From: Nitrospirota bacterium
Lineage (GTDB): Bacteria > Nitrospirota > UBA9217
Reading direction: 5' to 3'
NCBI GenBank assembly: GCA_963737155.1
Contig: CAVTRN010000002.1
Coordinates: forward strand, 1,024,001-1,088,000
Length of the DNA stretch: 64,000 nt
Below, in pieces: positions 20,704-31,250 of the stretch. How positions within the stretch are numbered: the stretch's first letter is position 1; each line of letters begins with the position of its first letter. Under the pieces are notes generated by a model. It was not told where the DNA came from. It was given only the letters and a program-made list of their open reading frames with translations, and searched no databases. The position numbers and the translations under genes are program-made.

Positions 20704-21144
20704 ATGAGGACATCTGCGTTCAAGATGTTTCTGTTGATGGCTCTCGTACCGATTCTCGGCATGTATGCCTGCGCCCATACGGCAAGTTATGCGACGTCAC
20801 ACCCCGTGGAAATAACAGGCTTCCCTATCTGCAGTGATTGCCACACGGATTGGCGGGCTGCAATGGACCACACCAGTGATTACGCGGAACGACACAGATT
20901 CTATGCAGGGCAGCATAGTGGGGCCTGCATAATATGCCACAAAGAGTCGTTCTGCTCCGACTGTCACGCACACAGGGAGGAGCTGAAGCCGAGCGACAAG
21001 TATCCGGATTCTCCGGAGCGGACGATGCCCCACCGGGGCGATTATTTAAACCAGCACAAAATCGACGGTCAGATCGACCCGGCTTCGTGCATGAAATGTC
21101 ATGGCCGATCGAATAATGAGAGGTGTGCCCAGTGTCATCATTAA
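20704..21144 (+). CDS. Pentaheme c-type cytochrome lipoprotein (ExtC/ExtF-like)
   Basis: Lipobox MYAC; 5 CxxCH (CSDCH,CIICH,CSDCH,CMKCH,CAQCH); PHRGDYL..HKIDG motif. Confidence 0.88.
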   Translation: MRTSAFKMFLLMALVPILGMYACAHTASYATSHPVEITGFPICSDCHTDWRAAMDHTSDYAERHRFYAGQHSGACIICHKESFCSDCHAHREELKPSDKYPDSPERTMPHRGDYLNQHKIDGQIDPASCMKCHGRSNNERCAQCHH

Positions 21145-22151
21145 CGAAAAGCTTGATAGCCAGCCTGCTTCTTATTGCAGGATTGTCAGCTCTAGGAGGT
21201 TGCGGCAATAGCCAAAAGAACGGACAAGCCGTGTTCTATGAGGACGATGCGCAACATCCGGCCAATTGGCTGCCTGCGGGCCACATGGCGGCCGCCCAGG
21301 CCAATGAGAGCGCCTGCACCCAATGCCACGGGAGTGATTACAGCGGAGGTATTAGCGGGGTGTCATGCACGCTGTGCCACCTCGGAGGGGTGAACTCGGT
21401 ACATCCCGTTTCGTGGGGCACGGGCAGCCAGGTTGTTCCGAATCATGGGGCCTACGTTGTGTCTAACGGGACTACCTCATGCTCGAATGTTTGGTGCCAT
21501 GGTTCCGGCCTTGTCGGCGTCACGGACAGTGGCCCCGCCTGTGTGAGCTGCCATCTCGGTGGTCTAAGCACAATATTATCAGGATGCGTTAATTGCCATG
21601 GGGTCCCGCCGAACGGGAGCGCTGATCCGAACGTCGCGGGAGCTCATGCGGTGCATAATGCGCTTCCCAACGTTACAAATGTCTGCAATACCTGCCACAA
21701 CGGCGCCGGAAGCGGAACAGTGAATCACGATAACGGCATCATTGTTGTGCAGTTCTTGAGCGTATATAGTGCAGAGAGCGGGACGGCTATATATAATGCC
21801 GCTGATAATACGTGCTCGAACGTGAGCTGCCACGGCGGCCAGACGACGCCCGTATGGCTTACTGGTTCGCTCGATGTAAGTACCCAGTGCACGTCCTGCC
21901 ATGCCTACGGCAATAGCGAGTACAACGGCTTTTATTCCGGCCAACATTATTTCCACGTGGAGGTCCTGGATTTCCAATGCACGGTATGCCACAATGTTTC
22001 ACAGCTTGCTGTAAGCCACTTCGTGTCCTTGAATACGCCAACGGTAGAAGGACTGGAGGCGCCTGCTGCTCTGACAATTCAAAGCGACGTGAATTTCAAC
22101 CCTGTTAATTTAACGTGCACACCGTCTTGCCACGCGACTCAAAATTGGTAG
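21132..22151 (+). CDS. Multiheme cytochrome c lipoprotein, ExtD-like N-half plus CxxxxCH/CxxCH domain (about 10 hemes)
   Basis: Lipobox LGGC; 7 CxxCH, 2 CX4CH (CSNVWCH, CSNVSCH), 1 CX3CH (CTPSCH); GTG start overlaps the upstream gene. Confidence 0.85.
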   Translation: MSSLTKSLIASLLLIAGLSALGGCGNSQKNGQAVFYEDDAQHPANWLPAGHMAAAQANESACTQCHGSDYSGGISGVSCTLCHLGGVNSVHPVSWGTGSQVVPNHGAYVVSNGTTSCSNVWCHGSGLVGVTDSGPACVSCHLGGLSTILSGCVNCHGVPPNGSADPNVAGAHAVHNALPNVTNVCNTCHNGAGSGTVNHDNGIIVVQFLSVYSAESGTAIYNAADNTCSNVSCHGGQTTPVWLTGSLDVSTQCTSCHAYGNSEYNGFYSGQHYFHVEVLDFQCTVCHNVSQLAVSHFVSLNTPTVEGLEAPAALTIQSDVNFNPVNLTCTPSCHATQNW

Positions 22152-22204
22152 TATCAGTTTTACACGGGGATGTTATATAATTGAGAAGGATCAATATATG
22201 GAGG

Positions 22205-22235
22205 AGGCCCGGGTTTCTGTCCGGGCTTTCTTTTT
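22205..22235 (+). terminator. Rho-independent terminator after the conduit operon
   Basis: aggcccgg-N8-ccgggctt followed by tcttttt. Confidence 0.7.
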
Positions 22236-22283
22236 GTGAGATTGCAAACGATCGCATTATGAATAAATGTCGGAAGGAGAATA

Positions 22284-22634
22284 ATGGTGAAAAAAGAAGT
22301 GAGATCTCTGATGATTGTAGTGCTGATTGCATTCGCTATCAATGGGGCAGGATGTTCCAAATTTTTTGGGCCATCCAACGATGAAGTAATTAAGGCGATA
22401 AACGACAGCGGAAGACTCAAAGGCAATGCTTTTACTGTGACAGCGCCGATTGAAGTTGTGGAAAAAGGGAGCAGAAAGGATGATGGAGGCTGGCCTGTCA
22501 CCGTCAAACTTAAGTTGAGTGTTAAGATGGGAAATGGTCAGATAAGGCAGCTTGAAACAAAAACGAATTTTAGAATATATAAATCAGAGGACAGCACAGG
22601 TAAAACTGTCTGGACGGCGAAATTAGGCAAGTAA
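22284..22634 (+). CDS. Small lipoprotein of unknown function
   Basis: RBS AAGGAG, signal peptide with lipobox GAGC, 116 aa. Confidence 0.75.
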   Translation: MVKKEVRSLMIVVLIAFAINGAGCSKFFGPSNDEVIKAINDSGRLKGNAFTVTAPIEVVEKGSRKDDGGWPVTVKLKLSVKMGNGQIRQLETKTNFRIYKSEDSTGKTVWTAKLGK

Positions 22635-22755
22635 CGGTCGGTAGCGGACGTCTGTTTTTTCTCGAGGATCGAGATCCTGAAGAGGGGCTGTGGAATGACC
22701 TGCGGCTCCTCTTCTGTTAATTCAGACCTTTATTGTTCATGGCTTTTAAACAATC

Positions 22756-23250
22756 CTAATCATCTATGTTCGATGATGGCGCTCGTATCCGATTTCGCGC
22801 TCGTCCAGAGACTTGGTTATACTCTGGTGAGATTGGAGCAGGGAAATTAAACATTTTTTCATGGGAAATAAACATATCATTGAGAGTACCGTCGGTCGCT
22901 TTGAGTGAGATACTGTCGTCCCGCACTTGGACGAGCTGTGACCCATCCGGCAATTTCTCGAATAATCTGAAAAAGGATTGCTCACCTTTCGCAACGATAA
23001 CAACCGCACCGGAAAAATCCCCGCTATGTATCGTGCCAATGAGTTTGTATCCTGACTGAGCGGCGACCTGGCCATACACCTGATCAATCAAGGAAAGCGG
23101 CAGAAAGAAGAGGAGGCAAATCAGAACCAAATTCCTGATTGCTGCATTTTTGATGGTTGCGAAGTGTATCATTGCATAAACTTTCAAAACACTTCCGTGT
23201 TCATTCCCTGCTAGCAACGAAGACATGAGAATAGTGATATAGCTTTCCAT
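22756..23250 (-). CDS. GspC/PilP-like HR-domain protein (type II secretion protein C-like, no PDZ)
   Basis: One TM segment, then YKLIGTI....SGAVV....GEQSFFRL.EKLPDGSQLVQVRDDSISL pattern; start may be ATG 23172. Confidence 0.55.
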   Translation of the reverse strand: MESYITILMSSLLAGNEHGSVLKVYAMIHFATIKNAAIRNLVLICLLFFLPLSLIDQVYGQVAAQSGYKLIGTIHSGDFSGAVVIVAKGEQSFFRLFEKLPDGSQLVQVRDDSISLKATDGTLNDMFISHEKMFNFPAPISPEYNQVSGRARNRIRAPSSNIDD

Positions 23251-23307
23251 GGAGCGTTAAAAAAACATGAACGCGTCGGGATCGTTTTATTAAATCTCAT
23301 TGCTGCA

Positions 23308-24189
23308 TTAGAGCGTAATCTCTGTTCCAACGCCCTCTTTGGTGAAGATCTCAAGCAGCAGAGCGTGGGGAACGCGGCCGTCTATGATGTGGACTTTAAC
23401 ACACCCGGCATCGAGGGCATCGAAGCAGGACTTTGTCTTCGGCAGCATGCCACCGGCTATGATACCACTGGCGACGAGCAATTCCACTTTTTTCTTGTTC
23501 AACGTGGGAATGAGTTTATTGTCTTTGTCCAGGATTCCCGTCTGGTCCGTCAAGAGGATTAGTTTTTCTGCCTTGAGCGCTCCTGCAACCGCACCCGCAA
23601 CAAGATCAGCGTTGATGTTGTAAGTTTCTCCGTGTTCCCCGACCCCGACGGGTGCGATAATGGATATGAATCCGCCCTGATCAAGCGCTGCAATAGCGCC
23701 AGGCCTCACTTCAGTCACCTCGCCGACCAAGCCGATGTCGATAATTTCGGTTTCTCCGGTTTCGTCCGATTTTTTGGAGAGTCTTAACTTGCGCGCCTGG
23801 ATCAATCCGCCATCCTTGCCGGTCAGTCCGACAGCCTTGCCGCCTGACTGATTGATGAGGTTGACGATCTCTTTGTTGACTTTGCCGCCGAGGACCATTT
23901 CGACGATATCCATTGTTTCTTCATCAGTCACCCGCTGGCCAGCGACAAAGGTCGGCTTCTTGCCCATCCGTTCCATGGTCCTGCCGATCTGCGGACCGCC
24001 GCCATGAACAATCACCGGATTGATCCCGATGTAACGAAGAAGCACGACGTCACGAGCAAAGTCCTGTTTGAGGCCCTCATCGATCATGGCATTGCCGCCG
24101 TATTTGATCACGAAAGTCTTGCCCCGGAAGGTCTGGATATAGGGCATGGCCTCGATCAGGATCTTCGCTTTTTCAATCAGTATTTGCAT
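23308..24189 (-). CDS. argB: Acetylglutamate kinase
   Basis: [35 protein letters not shown]. Confidence 0.97.
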   Translation of the reverse strand: MQILIEKAKILIEAMPYIQTFRGKTFVIKYGGNAMIDEGLKQDFARDVVLLRYIGINPVIVHGGGPQIGRTMERMGKKPTFVAGQRVTDEETMDIVEMVLGGKVNKEIVNLINQSGGKAVGLTGKDGGLIQARKLRLSKKSDETGETEIIDIGLVGEVTEVRPGAIAALDQGGFISIIAPVGVGEHGETYNINADLVAGAVAGALKAEKLILLTDQTGILDKDNKLIPTLNKKKVELLVASGIIAGGMLPKTKSCFDALDAGCVKVHIIDGRVPHALLLEIFTKEGVGTEITL

Positions 24190-24624
24190 AGAACCTCAGA
24201 CAAACATGCAAAACCACGGATCAGTGGGTGCGATGGTGCCGAACCACGCGAAACAACTATGGTTCTGTCCGAATCCCAGAAGGATTTTGGTACAAAAAAA
24301 GAGTTATAATTTGCATCGATAAAGCACCAAAATTTGGAAGAGAGCATTACTTCGCGATTGCAGGACAGGCTAAGTAGCTCGGGGATAGCGCGTGCACATC
24401 GCTCCCTCTCAGTTGTTACCTACCAAGATATTAAATAGTGTGCAAAATTGTACGGGAATCTAAACAGGCCCAATAGCTGCCGCAACCGAGAAAAGCACTG
24501 ATATATCAGCATGTAACATGTTGTAAAATCCGGATATAGCCAGAATTAAAATGTTGTAACGCGTTGCTCTTTTTTTTCAGTGAAGCGAATCCACGTACGA
24601 ATTCAGTTCTCGTGGTTAGGATGC

Positions 24625-25977
24625 TTATAATATATACCTGCTCAAATCCTCGCTCTTCAGCACATCAGCCAGGCGCTCCCTGACGTACGCAGCGTCGATA
24701 TTGACCTTCGCGCCTTTCTTTTCTGGTGCGTCAAAAGATATCTCATCGAGCAGGCGCTCCATGACGGTATGCAGTCTTCGGGCTCCGATGTTTTCCGTCC
24801 GTTCATTTACCTGTGCCGCGATGCCGGCGATTTCCTCGATCGAGTCTCGGGAAAAGTTCAGTTTGATCTCTTCCGTTGCCAGCAGCGCGATCTGCTGTTT
24901 GATCAGTGCGTTCTGCGGTTCCGTCAAAATGCGGATGAAGTCTTCCCTCCCGAGCGAATCGAGTTCGACCCGGATAGGAAACCGGCCCTGGAGTTCGGGA
25001 ATCAGGTCAGACGGCTTGGAGACATGAAAGGCGCCGGCTGCTATGAACAGGACGTGATCGGTCCGGACCGGCCCGTATTTTGTCGTGATTGTCGACCCTT
25101 CCACAATCGGCAGAAGGTCGCGCTGAACGCCTTCCCGAGAAACATCGGGACCGTGCGATTCCCGTCCGGCGATTTTGTCGATCTCGTCCAGAAACACGAT
25201 GCCCGACTGTTCCACACGCTTCAGTGCTTCCCGCGTTACCTTGTCCATGTCGATAAGCTTCGCGGCCTCCTCCTGCACCAGGAAACGCAGGGCATCAGGA
25301 ACTTTCATTTTGCGACGCTTTGTCTTCTCCGGCAACAGTCCGCCGAGCATGTCCTTGAGGTTCATCTCGATCTCTTCCATGCCGACGTTCGAGACAATGC
25401 CGAAAGGCATGACTTTTTCCTTAGTTTCAAGCTCGACCGTGCGGTTATCGAGTTTCCCTTCGCGGAGCTGCTGGCGCAGCTTGTCGCGTGTGGTGGACTG
25501 TTGCTCCTGCTGCTCCTGCTGCTCTGCAGTCGGAGTCTCGATCCCGGGCGTTGTCCTGATCGGTGGCAGGAGTACATCGAGGAGATGGTCCTCGGCCATT
25601 GCTTCAGCCTTTTCCCGCACTTGTTCGGCCATTTCGGCTTTGACCATGTTGATGCCGATCTCGGTCAGATCACGGACGATAGAATCCACATCCCGTCCCA
25701 CATAGCCGACTTCGGTAAATTTCGAGGCTTCGATCTTGAGGAACGGGGCCTGGACCAGCTTGGCGAGCCTCCGCGCGATCTCCGTTTTCCCCACGCCCGT
25801 GGGGCCGATCATGATGATGTTTTTCGGCAGCACCTCATCGCGAAAATCCTCGGGCAGGCGCTGCCGTCTCCAGCGGTTCCGAAGCGCTATGGCGACTGAG
25901 CGTTTTGCCTTATGCTGTCCGATTATATATTTGTCTAATTCTTCGACGGTTTGTCGTGGGGTAAGGGAGTTTTCCAA
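24625..25977 (-). CDS. hslU: ATP-dependent protease ATPase subunit HslU
   Basis: [35 protein letters not shown]. Confidence 0.98.
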   Translation of the reverse strand: MENSLTPRQTVEELDKYIIGQHKAKRSVAIALRNRWRRQRLPEDFRDEVLPKNIIMIGPTGVGKTEIARRLAKLVQAPFLKIEASKFTEVGYVGRDVDSIVRDLTEIGINMVKAEMAEQVREKAEAMAEDHLLDVLLPPIRTTPGIETPTAEQQEQQEQQSTTRDKLRQQLREGKLDNRTVELETKEKVMPFGIVSNVGMEEIEMNLKDMLGGLLPEKTKRRKMKVPDALRFLVQEEAAKLIDMDKVTREALKRVEQSGIVFLDEIDKIAGRESHGPDVSREGVQRDLLPIVEGSTITTKYGPVRTDHVLFIAAGAFHVSKPSDLIPELQGRFPIRVELDSLGREDFIRILTEPQNALIKQQIALLATEEIKLNFSRDSIEEIAGIAAQVNERTENIGARRLHTVMERLLDEISFDAPEKKGAKVNIDAAYVRERLADVLKSEDLSRYIL

Positions 25978-26120
25978 TAAAGCCTCCGGGAAAATCGATA
26001 GTTGATAGCCTCATCCAGTAAACGGCATTCGGGGTTGCAGCAAAGAATCGTCTGTGTTGGTGTTTCGAGGGTTCCCCTGTCTCAGAGATCCCGCCTATTA
26101 GTATGCCGTGTGCTTTTTTA

Positions 26121-26669
26121 TTACAGTTCTTCTACGGTAATTTCCTTGTTTGTATAAATGCAAATCTCACCAGCGATCTTCATGGCCGCGGTAACGATAG
26201 CGCGGGCATCCAACGACGTATGGTCTGCGAGCGCCCGGGCCGCCGCGAGTGCATAAGGGCCGCCCGATCCGATTGCCGCGATACCGTTTTCCGGCTCGAT
26301 TACGTCTCCATTGCCCGAGAGGATGAATGAACATTCGTTATCCGCAACGATCATAAGTGCTTCGAGCCGGCGAAGCACCCTGTCCGTGCGCCAGTCTTTC
26401 GCCAGCTCCACTGCTGCGCGGGTGAGGTTGCCGTGATACTGCTCGAGCTTGGCTTCGAATTTCTCGAAAAGGGTGAAGGCATCGGCGGTTGCACCGGCGA
26501 AGCCGGCAAGAACCTTGTCATTATACATCTTGCGCACTTTTTTTGCGTTGTGCTTCATCACTGTTGCGCCAACGGTGACCTGTCCGTCTCCGCCGATGAC
26601 GGTCTTGCCGTTCCGGTGTACGGCCAGGATTGTGGTAGCATGCATGGAATTGTCGTCACTCATGGGCAT
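26121..26669 (-). CDS. hslV: ATP-dependent protease subunit HslV
   Basis: HATTILAV (N-terminal Thr), [26 protein letters not shown]; start set at ATG 26669. Confidence 0.97.
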   Translation of the reverse strand: MPMSDDNSMHATTILAVHRNGKTVIGGDGQVTVGATVMKHNAKKVRKMYNDKVLAGFAGATADAFTLFEKFEAKLEQYHGNLTRAAVELAKDWRTDRVLRRLEALMIVADNECSFILSGNGDVIEPENGIAAIGSGGPYALAAARALADHTSLDARAIVTAAMKIAGEICIYTNKEITVEEL

Positions 26670-26706
26670 CCTTATCTCCGTTGTGAGAAATCCTTTCCTG
26701 AGACAC

Positions 26707-27606
26707 TTACGTCTTGCCCCCTGCTTTCCTCGCTCGTGGATGGGCCTTATCGTAAACATCCATCAGCGAATCGAGGTTGAGGTGCGTATAACGCTGGGTG
26801 GTCGAAAGACTAGCATGCCCCAGCAGTTCTTGGATGGCGCGAAGGTCAGCACCGGACTCGAGCAGGTGAGTGGCAAAGCTGTGCCTGAGCGTGTGCGGGC
26901 TTGCCTTCTGCGCTATCCCCAGCTTTTTTCTGTAATTTTCTAAAATACGCTGAACTGTGCGAGCTGTCAAGCGTTTTCCTGAAGGACCGGTAAAGACGGC
27001 ATGCTCATATAAACTGCTTGTTCTCCCGCCAAGATATGCGTTTATTGCGTCGAGTGCCCGGTGCCCGATGGGCACGATCCGCTCTTTTCTGCCCTTGCCC
27101 CGGATGCGGACGAGGCCGTCGCTGGTGTCAATATCGTCGCGATTCATGCCTATGAGTTCGCTGGCGCGGATGCCGGTGGAATAGAGCGTTTCAAGCACTG
27201 CCAGGTCCCTCAGGATCGTGCCGCGATTGTCATTGTTTTTATGGCGTGGAGCCTCCATCAGACGTTGAGCATCATCGGCGGTGAGTACGGCAGGGAGACG
27301 TTTTTCCCGGCGAGGCGTGCTCATGATCCGGGCGGGGTTGTTTGCGAGGACTCCTTCCCGGTTCAGATATTTATAAAATGCCCTGATTGCTGAAAGTTTC
27401 CTCGCAATAGAGATTTTCTTTATATTCAGTTTCATGAGATGGGCCAGGAATTCTCGCAGCATCTGGTGATCCACTTGGTCGAGGGCCTTATCGCCAAGAA
27501 AATTGTCGAACTGCTCCAGGTCGGAAAGGTAGCTCCGTTCCGTGTTGGAGGAGACTCCTCGTTCATTCCTGAGATAGGAAATGAAGTCAAAGATATTCTT
27601 CCGCAT
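26707..27606 (-). CDS. xerC: Tyrosine recombinase XerC
   Basis: [42 protein letters not shown]; topA-xerC-hslVU synteny. Confidence 0.92.
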   Translation of the reverse strand: MRKNIFDFISYLRNERGVSSNTERSYLSDLEQFDNFLGDKALDQVDHQMLREFLAHLMKLNIKKISIARKLSAIRAFYKYLNREGVLANNPARIMSTPRREKRLPAVLTADDAQRLMEAPRHKNNDNRGTILRDLAVLETLYSTGIRASELIGMNRDDIDTSDGLVRIRGKGRKERIVPIGHRALDAINAYLGGRTSSLYEHAVFTGPSGKRLTARTVQRILENYRKKLGIAQKASPHTLRHSFATHLLESGADLRAIQELLGHASLSTTQRYTHLNLDSLMDVYDKAHPRARKAGGKT

Positions 27607-27731
27607 GACGGTACTTTAGCGTATGTGGCGGTATTTTGCAAGGGAGGAAGTGCTGTCAGAAGTTAAACGAGGAGAAAAGCTGTCCAATGACGCCGTAAAA
27701 CCCCGGTCTTCGGGCTGAGACGGATTTGGAA

Positions 27732-28396
27732 GTGCCGGGATAAACTTGTATAGAGTTGGGAGTGGAAGTCTCTCATCTGAGAAGATATGCTGATCCATCA
27801 TGGCCCCGTGTCATGAACGGCCAATCGTGATTGTATGTGAAGCGTTGAACGGGAAGCACAGGCCAGCCAGAGCTCCGTTATCATCCAGACCGGAGCCTAC
27901 GGCGTATGTCCATGGGACCGGCATCATAACTACAACGCTATCAGCCAGTTGATGTTTTACCGGGTGGAGCTGAAGAATCTTTGTGTGTCATGGACACTTT
28001 ATGCTTGGAAAAGAGCTCGATATCATCCGCTGTGAAAGTTGAATATAGGATTTGCAATGGAAGGCCAAGTGCAATAATCTTTACATGTACGCTGTTGAAC
28101 AGTCTGACATCGACGGAGTGCTAAAAGGGGCCGAACAAAATGGAGTGTTGCCCACGCTGTGGGGGGAGGTTCTGAAGGGAAGGCTGATGGCCAAGAGGAA
28201 TTCTATAAAGGCGCTGCGGTTTGCAATGAGAGACAGGGGGCATGCGTCGACGTTTTTTGCAGGATGAGCGAAGCAGATGGCATGGGGAAACCCAAACGAT
28301 AAGTTTGCGCGAATTACCCGAGGAAAGCGGCGAGTGAAGTGATTCTTGCATGGGTCCGTGCGGGGGGCGTCTGACTACGGACGTCTCTACCGCGAT
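27732..28396 (+). mobile_element. Degenerate ORF-less group II intron (IEP internally deleted)
   Basis: 5' GTGCCG; D1-like ggccccgtgtcatg...gtgaagcgttga..ggg...caggccagcc; 3' D6-like gtgcggggggcgtctgactacggacgtctctaccgcgAT; D5 region degenerate. Confidence 0.7.
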
Positions 28397-28408
28397 CACT
28401 CGTGTCGG

Positions 28409-30691
28409 CTATGCCGTTTTTTCATTAATTGGTTCGGATTCAGTTTTTGGCTCTTCCTTGTATCCGCATTCCTTGTTTAGGCAAGCTATGTAAGGACCTG
28501 TCTTTTTGGAATACTTTTCAACAAGGAAAGGAGCATTACATTGGGGACAGGCACGCTGGATAGGTTTGTACCATATGGCATATTTGCAGGCTGGGTAATT
28601 AGCGCAGGAGTAAAACATCTTGCCGAAACGCGAGCGTCGCTCCACGATATTGCCGCCATCCTCCGGACAGGTCACGCCTGTTGACATCCCCTGGGTGTGG
28701 TTGCAATCGGGATAACGGGAACAAGCCAGAAACTTTCCAAATCGTCCGCGCTTAACGATCATGCCGGAACCGCACTTCGGGCATTTCTCATCAGTGGTTT
28801 CCTCGGGCGCACTTTCTACTCCGCCGCCCTCGGTGCGAACAAAGGGCTTGGCGTTCTTGCATTCGGGATACCCACTGCAGGCAAGGAATTGACCGTTCCT
28901 GCCCCACTTGATGACCATTGGCTTCCCGCATTTTTCGCAATTGATATCCGTTGGCGTTAACTCAGCTTTGAAGTCTTTCATTTCAGCCTGAGCTTTTTCA
29001 AGGCTTTCACTGAAGGGCCGGTAAAAGTCCCTGACTGCATCCACCCAGGGCATCTCGCCTTCTTCTATCTTGTCGAGTTCACCCTCCATTTTGGCAGTGA
29101 ACTCGACGTCCATAACGACCGGGAAATGGCTTACCAGCAGGTTGCTCACAAGTATGCCGAGTTCGGTGGGACGGAACTTGTTTTCCACTTTGTTCACGTA
29201 ATCCCGCTCCTGGATGGTTGAAATGATCGCAGCGTATGTGCTCGGCCGGCCAATGCCATTTTCCTCAAGAGTTTTCACGAGCAAAGCTTCGGAAAAACGC
29301 GGTGGCGGCTGGGTGAAGTGCTGTTTGGGATCTAGTTTAATGAGCGTGATCTGGTCACCTTCGGTCAAGGGGGGCAGGACCGCTTCGTCGTTATCTTCAT
29401 CAGGAACGGCATCCTCCGCTTTTTCTTCCATGTACACTGCCATGAAACCGCGGAATTTTACAATCGACCCTGTGGCGCGGAAGGTATAGTCACCAGCCTT
29501 GATGTCCACCGATGTTTGATCGATGATCGCGGGATTCATCTGGCTCGCCACGAAGCGGTTCCAGATCAGCTTGTAGAGCTTGTACTGGTCGTTCTCCAGA
29601 TATTGCTTGATTGCATCGGGCTCACGAAGCACCGACGTGGGGCGGATTGCCTCGTGTGCTTCCTGCGCCGACTTTGCGCTTGCATAGACGGGCGGCTTTT
29701 CGGGGACATAATCTCTGCCATATTTCCCGGCAATGAATTCCCGCGCCTCGTCCTGGGCTTCATTGCCGATGCGGGTAGAGTCCGTTCTCATGTAGGTGAT
29801 AAGACCGACGGCGCCTTCCTTGCCCACATCCACACCTTCATACAAGGACTGGGCGATGCCCATGGTCCGCTTTGCGGTAAATCCCAGTTTGCGGCCTGCC
29901 TCCTGTTGGAGTTTGCTCGTCGTAAAAGGCGGAACCGGGTTGCGTCTGCGCTCCTTCTTGTCCACCTTGGCGACGGCATATGTCTTATTCTGAAGTTGGG
30001 CGAGGACCTGCTGCACTTCCTCATTGTTTTTGATCTTGAGTTTCTCTTCGTCTTTTTTGATGAGTTTCGCTTCGAACTGCGGAGGAAGCCTCCCTTCGAG
30101 CAGCGCGGTGAGTGACCAGAATTCCTCGGGAACAAAAGCCTTGATTTCATCTTCGCGTTCACAGATGAGGCGGAGCGCAACAGATTGAACGCGACCAGCG
30201 GAAAGACCCCGGCGCACCTTCTGCCATAGGATAGGACTGATCTGGTATCCCACAAGCCGATCGAGTACGCGTCGCGCCTGCTGTGCATCGACTTTGTTGA
30301 TGTCGATTTTCCCCGGATGTTCAATCGCCAGCAGGACGGCTTTTTTGGTGATCTCGTTGAACAGAACGCGGTAGATTTCCTGCGTCTTAGTACTGCCAGA
30401 AATGGTTTCTGCAACGTGGTAGGCTATGGCCTCGCCCTCACGGTCGGGGTCGGTTGCGATCAAAATGCGGTCAGCTTTCCTTGCCGCTGCTTTTAGCTCC
30501 TTGACTACTGGCGCCTTACCCTTGATCTGGATGTACTTAGGCTCAAAGTTGTTTTCAATGTCGACGCCAAGCTTGCTTTTGGGCAGGTCCATGATATGTC
30601 CCACCGAAGCTTTGACCGTGAAGTCCTTGCCGAGATATTTGGCAATAGTCTTTGCTTTGGCAGGCGATTCAACGATGACAAGTGATTTCAT
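28409..30691 (-). CDS. topA: DNA topoisomerase I
   Basis: LVIVESPAKAKTI, ATDPDREGE, SAGRVQS, ITYMRTDS, GIGRPSTYA, C-terminal zinc ribbons. Confidence 0.98.
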   Translation of the reverse strand: MKSLVIVESPAKAKTIAKYLGKDFTVKASVGHIMDLPKSKLGVDIENNFEPKYIQIKGKAPVVKELKAAARKADRILIATDPDREGEAIAYHVAETISGSTKTQEIYRVLFNEITKKAVLLAIEHPGKIDINKVDAQQARRVLDRLVGYQISPILWQKVRRGLSAGRVQSVALRLICEREDEIKAFVPEEFWSLTALLEGRLPPQFEAKLIKKDEEKLKIKNNEEVQQVLAQLQNKTYAVAKVDKKERRRNPVPPFTTSKLQQEAGRKLGFTAKRTMGIAQSLYEGVDVGKEGAVGLITYMRTDSTRIGNEAQDEAREFIAGKYGRDYVPEKPPVYASAKSAQEAHEAIRPTSVLREPDAIKQYLENDQYKLYKLIWNRFVASQMNPAIIDQTSVDIKAGDYTFRATGSIVKFRGFMAVYMEEKAEDAVPDEDNDEAVLPPLTEGDQITLIKLDPKQHFTQPPPRFSEALLVKTLEENGIGRPSTYAAIISTIQERDYVNKVENKFRPTELGILVSNLLVSHFPVVMDVEFTAKMEGELDKIEEGEMPWVDAVRDFYRPFSESLEKAQAEMKDFKAELTPTDINCEKCGKPMVIKWGRNGQFLACSGYPECKNAKPFVRTEGGGVESAPEETTDEKCPKCGSGMIVKRGRFGKFLACSRYPDCNHTQGMSTGVTCPEDGGNIVERRSRFGKMFYSCANYPACKYAIWYKPIQRACPQCNAPFLVEKYSKKTGPYIACLNKECGYKEEPKTESEPINEKTA

Positions 30692-30779
30692 GTTACAGAC
30701 CTCATAGTACTACCAGGACGCCGAGTAAAAAATGGGGAATCCTTTGTTAAAAATTTCTGCTGTCCTCGACAATGCCCGG

Positions 30780-31250
30780 TTAATTCCAAGAGGTTTTCCT
30801 GATGCGGCGGCCAAACGCGGGAGGATTTGCTTCCTGGTCCTGATAATTGGTGAACAGCGTAAATGCTATGAGCGATTTGATGTGTTCCAGCCCGATCCGT
30901 TCCGGATAGACGGCCATGGCCCGGTCCAGCAATTCTTCCCGTTGGTCCTCTGAGACGATGCCGAGGCATGTCAGCTTGGTGATAAATCCGAATGCTTCGA
31001 TCGCGAAACGGTCACGTTCTTCCCGGTTCATGGTTCTCATGCTTACAGGAGTGCGCTGTCCCGCGAATAAATTATCCGATTCCTTCTGGACCATCGTCTG
31101 CATGAGGGTAAGCGCAGCGTCTGCCTCTTGTAAAATGCAGCCATTGTTCAGGAGCGCCTCCATGATCTTGCCTTCTTCATCAAAGAGCTGTTGTTTGTCT
31201 TGTATCTGGTCCGCGATAAACGAAAACAGGGTCATCATCCGTTCGTCCAA
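30780..31250 (-). CDS. smg: Smg/DUF494 family protein
   Basis: 156 aa, SMRTMNREER..F..EAFGFITKL..LGI pattern; directly upstream of topA. Confidence 0.7.
   Translation of the reverse strand: MDERMMTLFSFIADQIQDKQQLFDEEGKIMEALLNNGCILQEADAALTLMQTMVQKESDNLFAGQRTPVSMRTMNREERDRFAIEAFGFITKLTCLGIVSEDQREELLDRAMAVYPERIGLEHIKSLIAFTLFTNYQDQEANPPAFGRRIRKTSWN

Noticed and set aside
25495-25530. QQEQQEQQ micro-repeat in HslU
   Set aside because: Short low-complexity stretch in the variable I-domain; not notable
24769-25899. 376-aa + strand ORF and similar long antisense ORFs over clpX, topA, hom, lysC and fusA
   Set aside because: Antisense shadows of conserved, GC3-rich genes
26707-27606. Tyrosine recombinase as a prophage or integron integrase
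   Set aside because: Length, motifs and topA-xerC-hslVU context indicate housekeeping XerC; no att sites or cassettes seen
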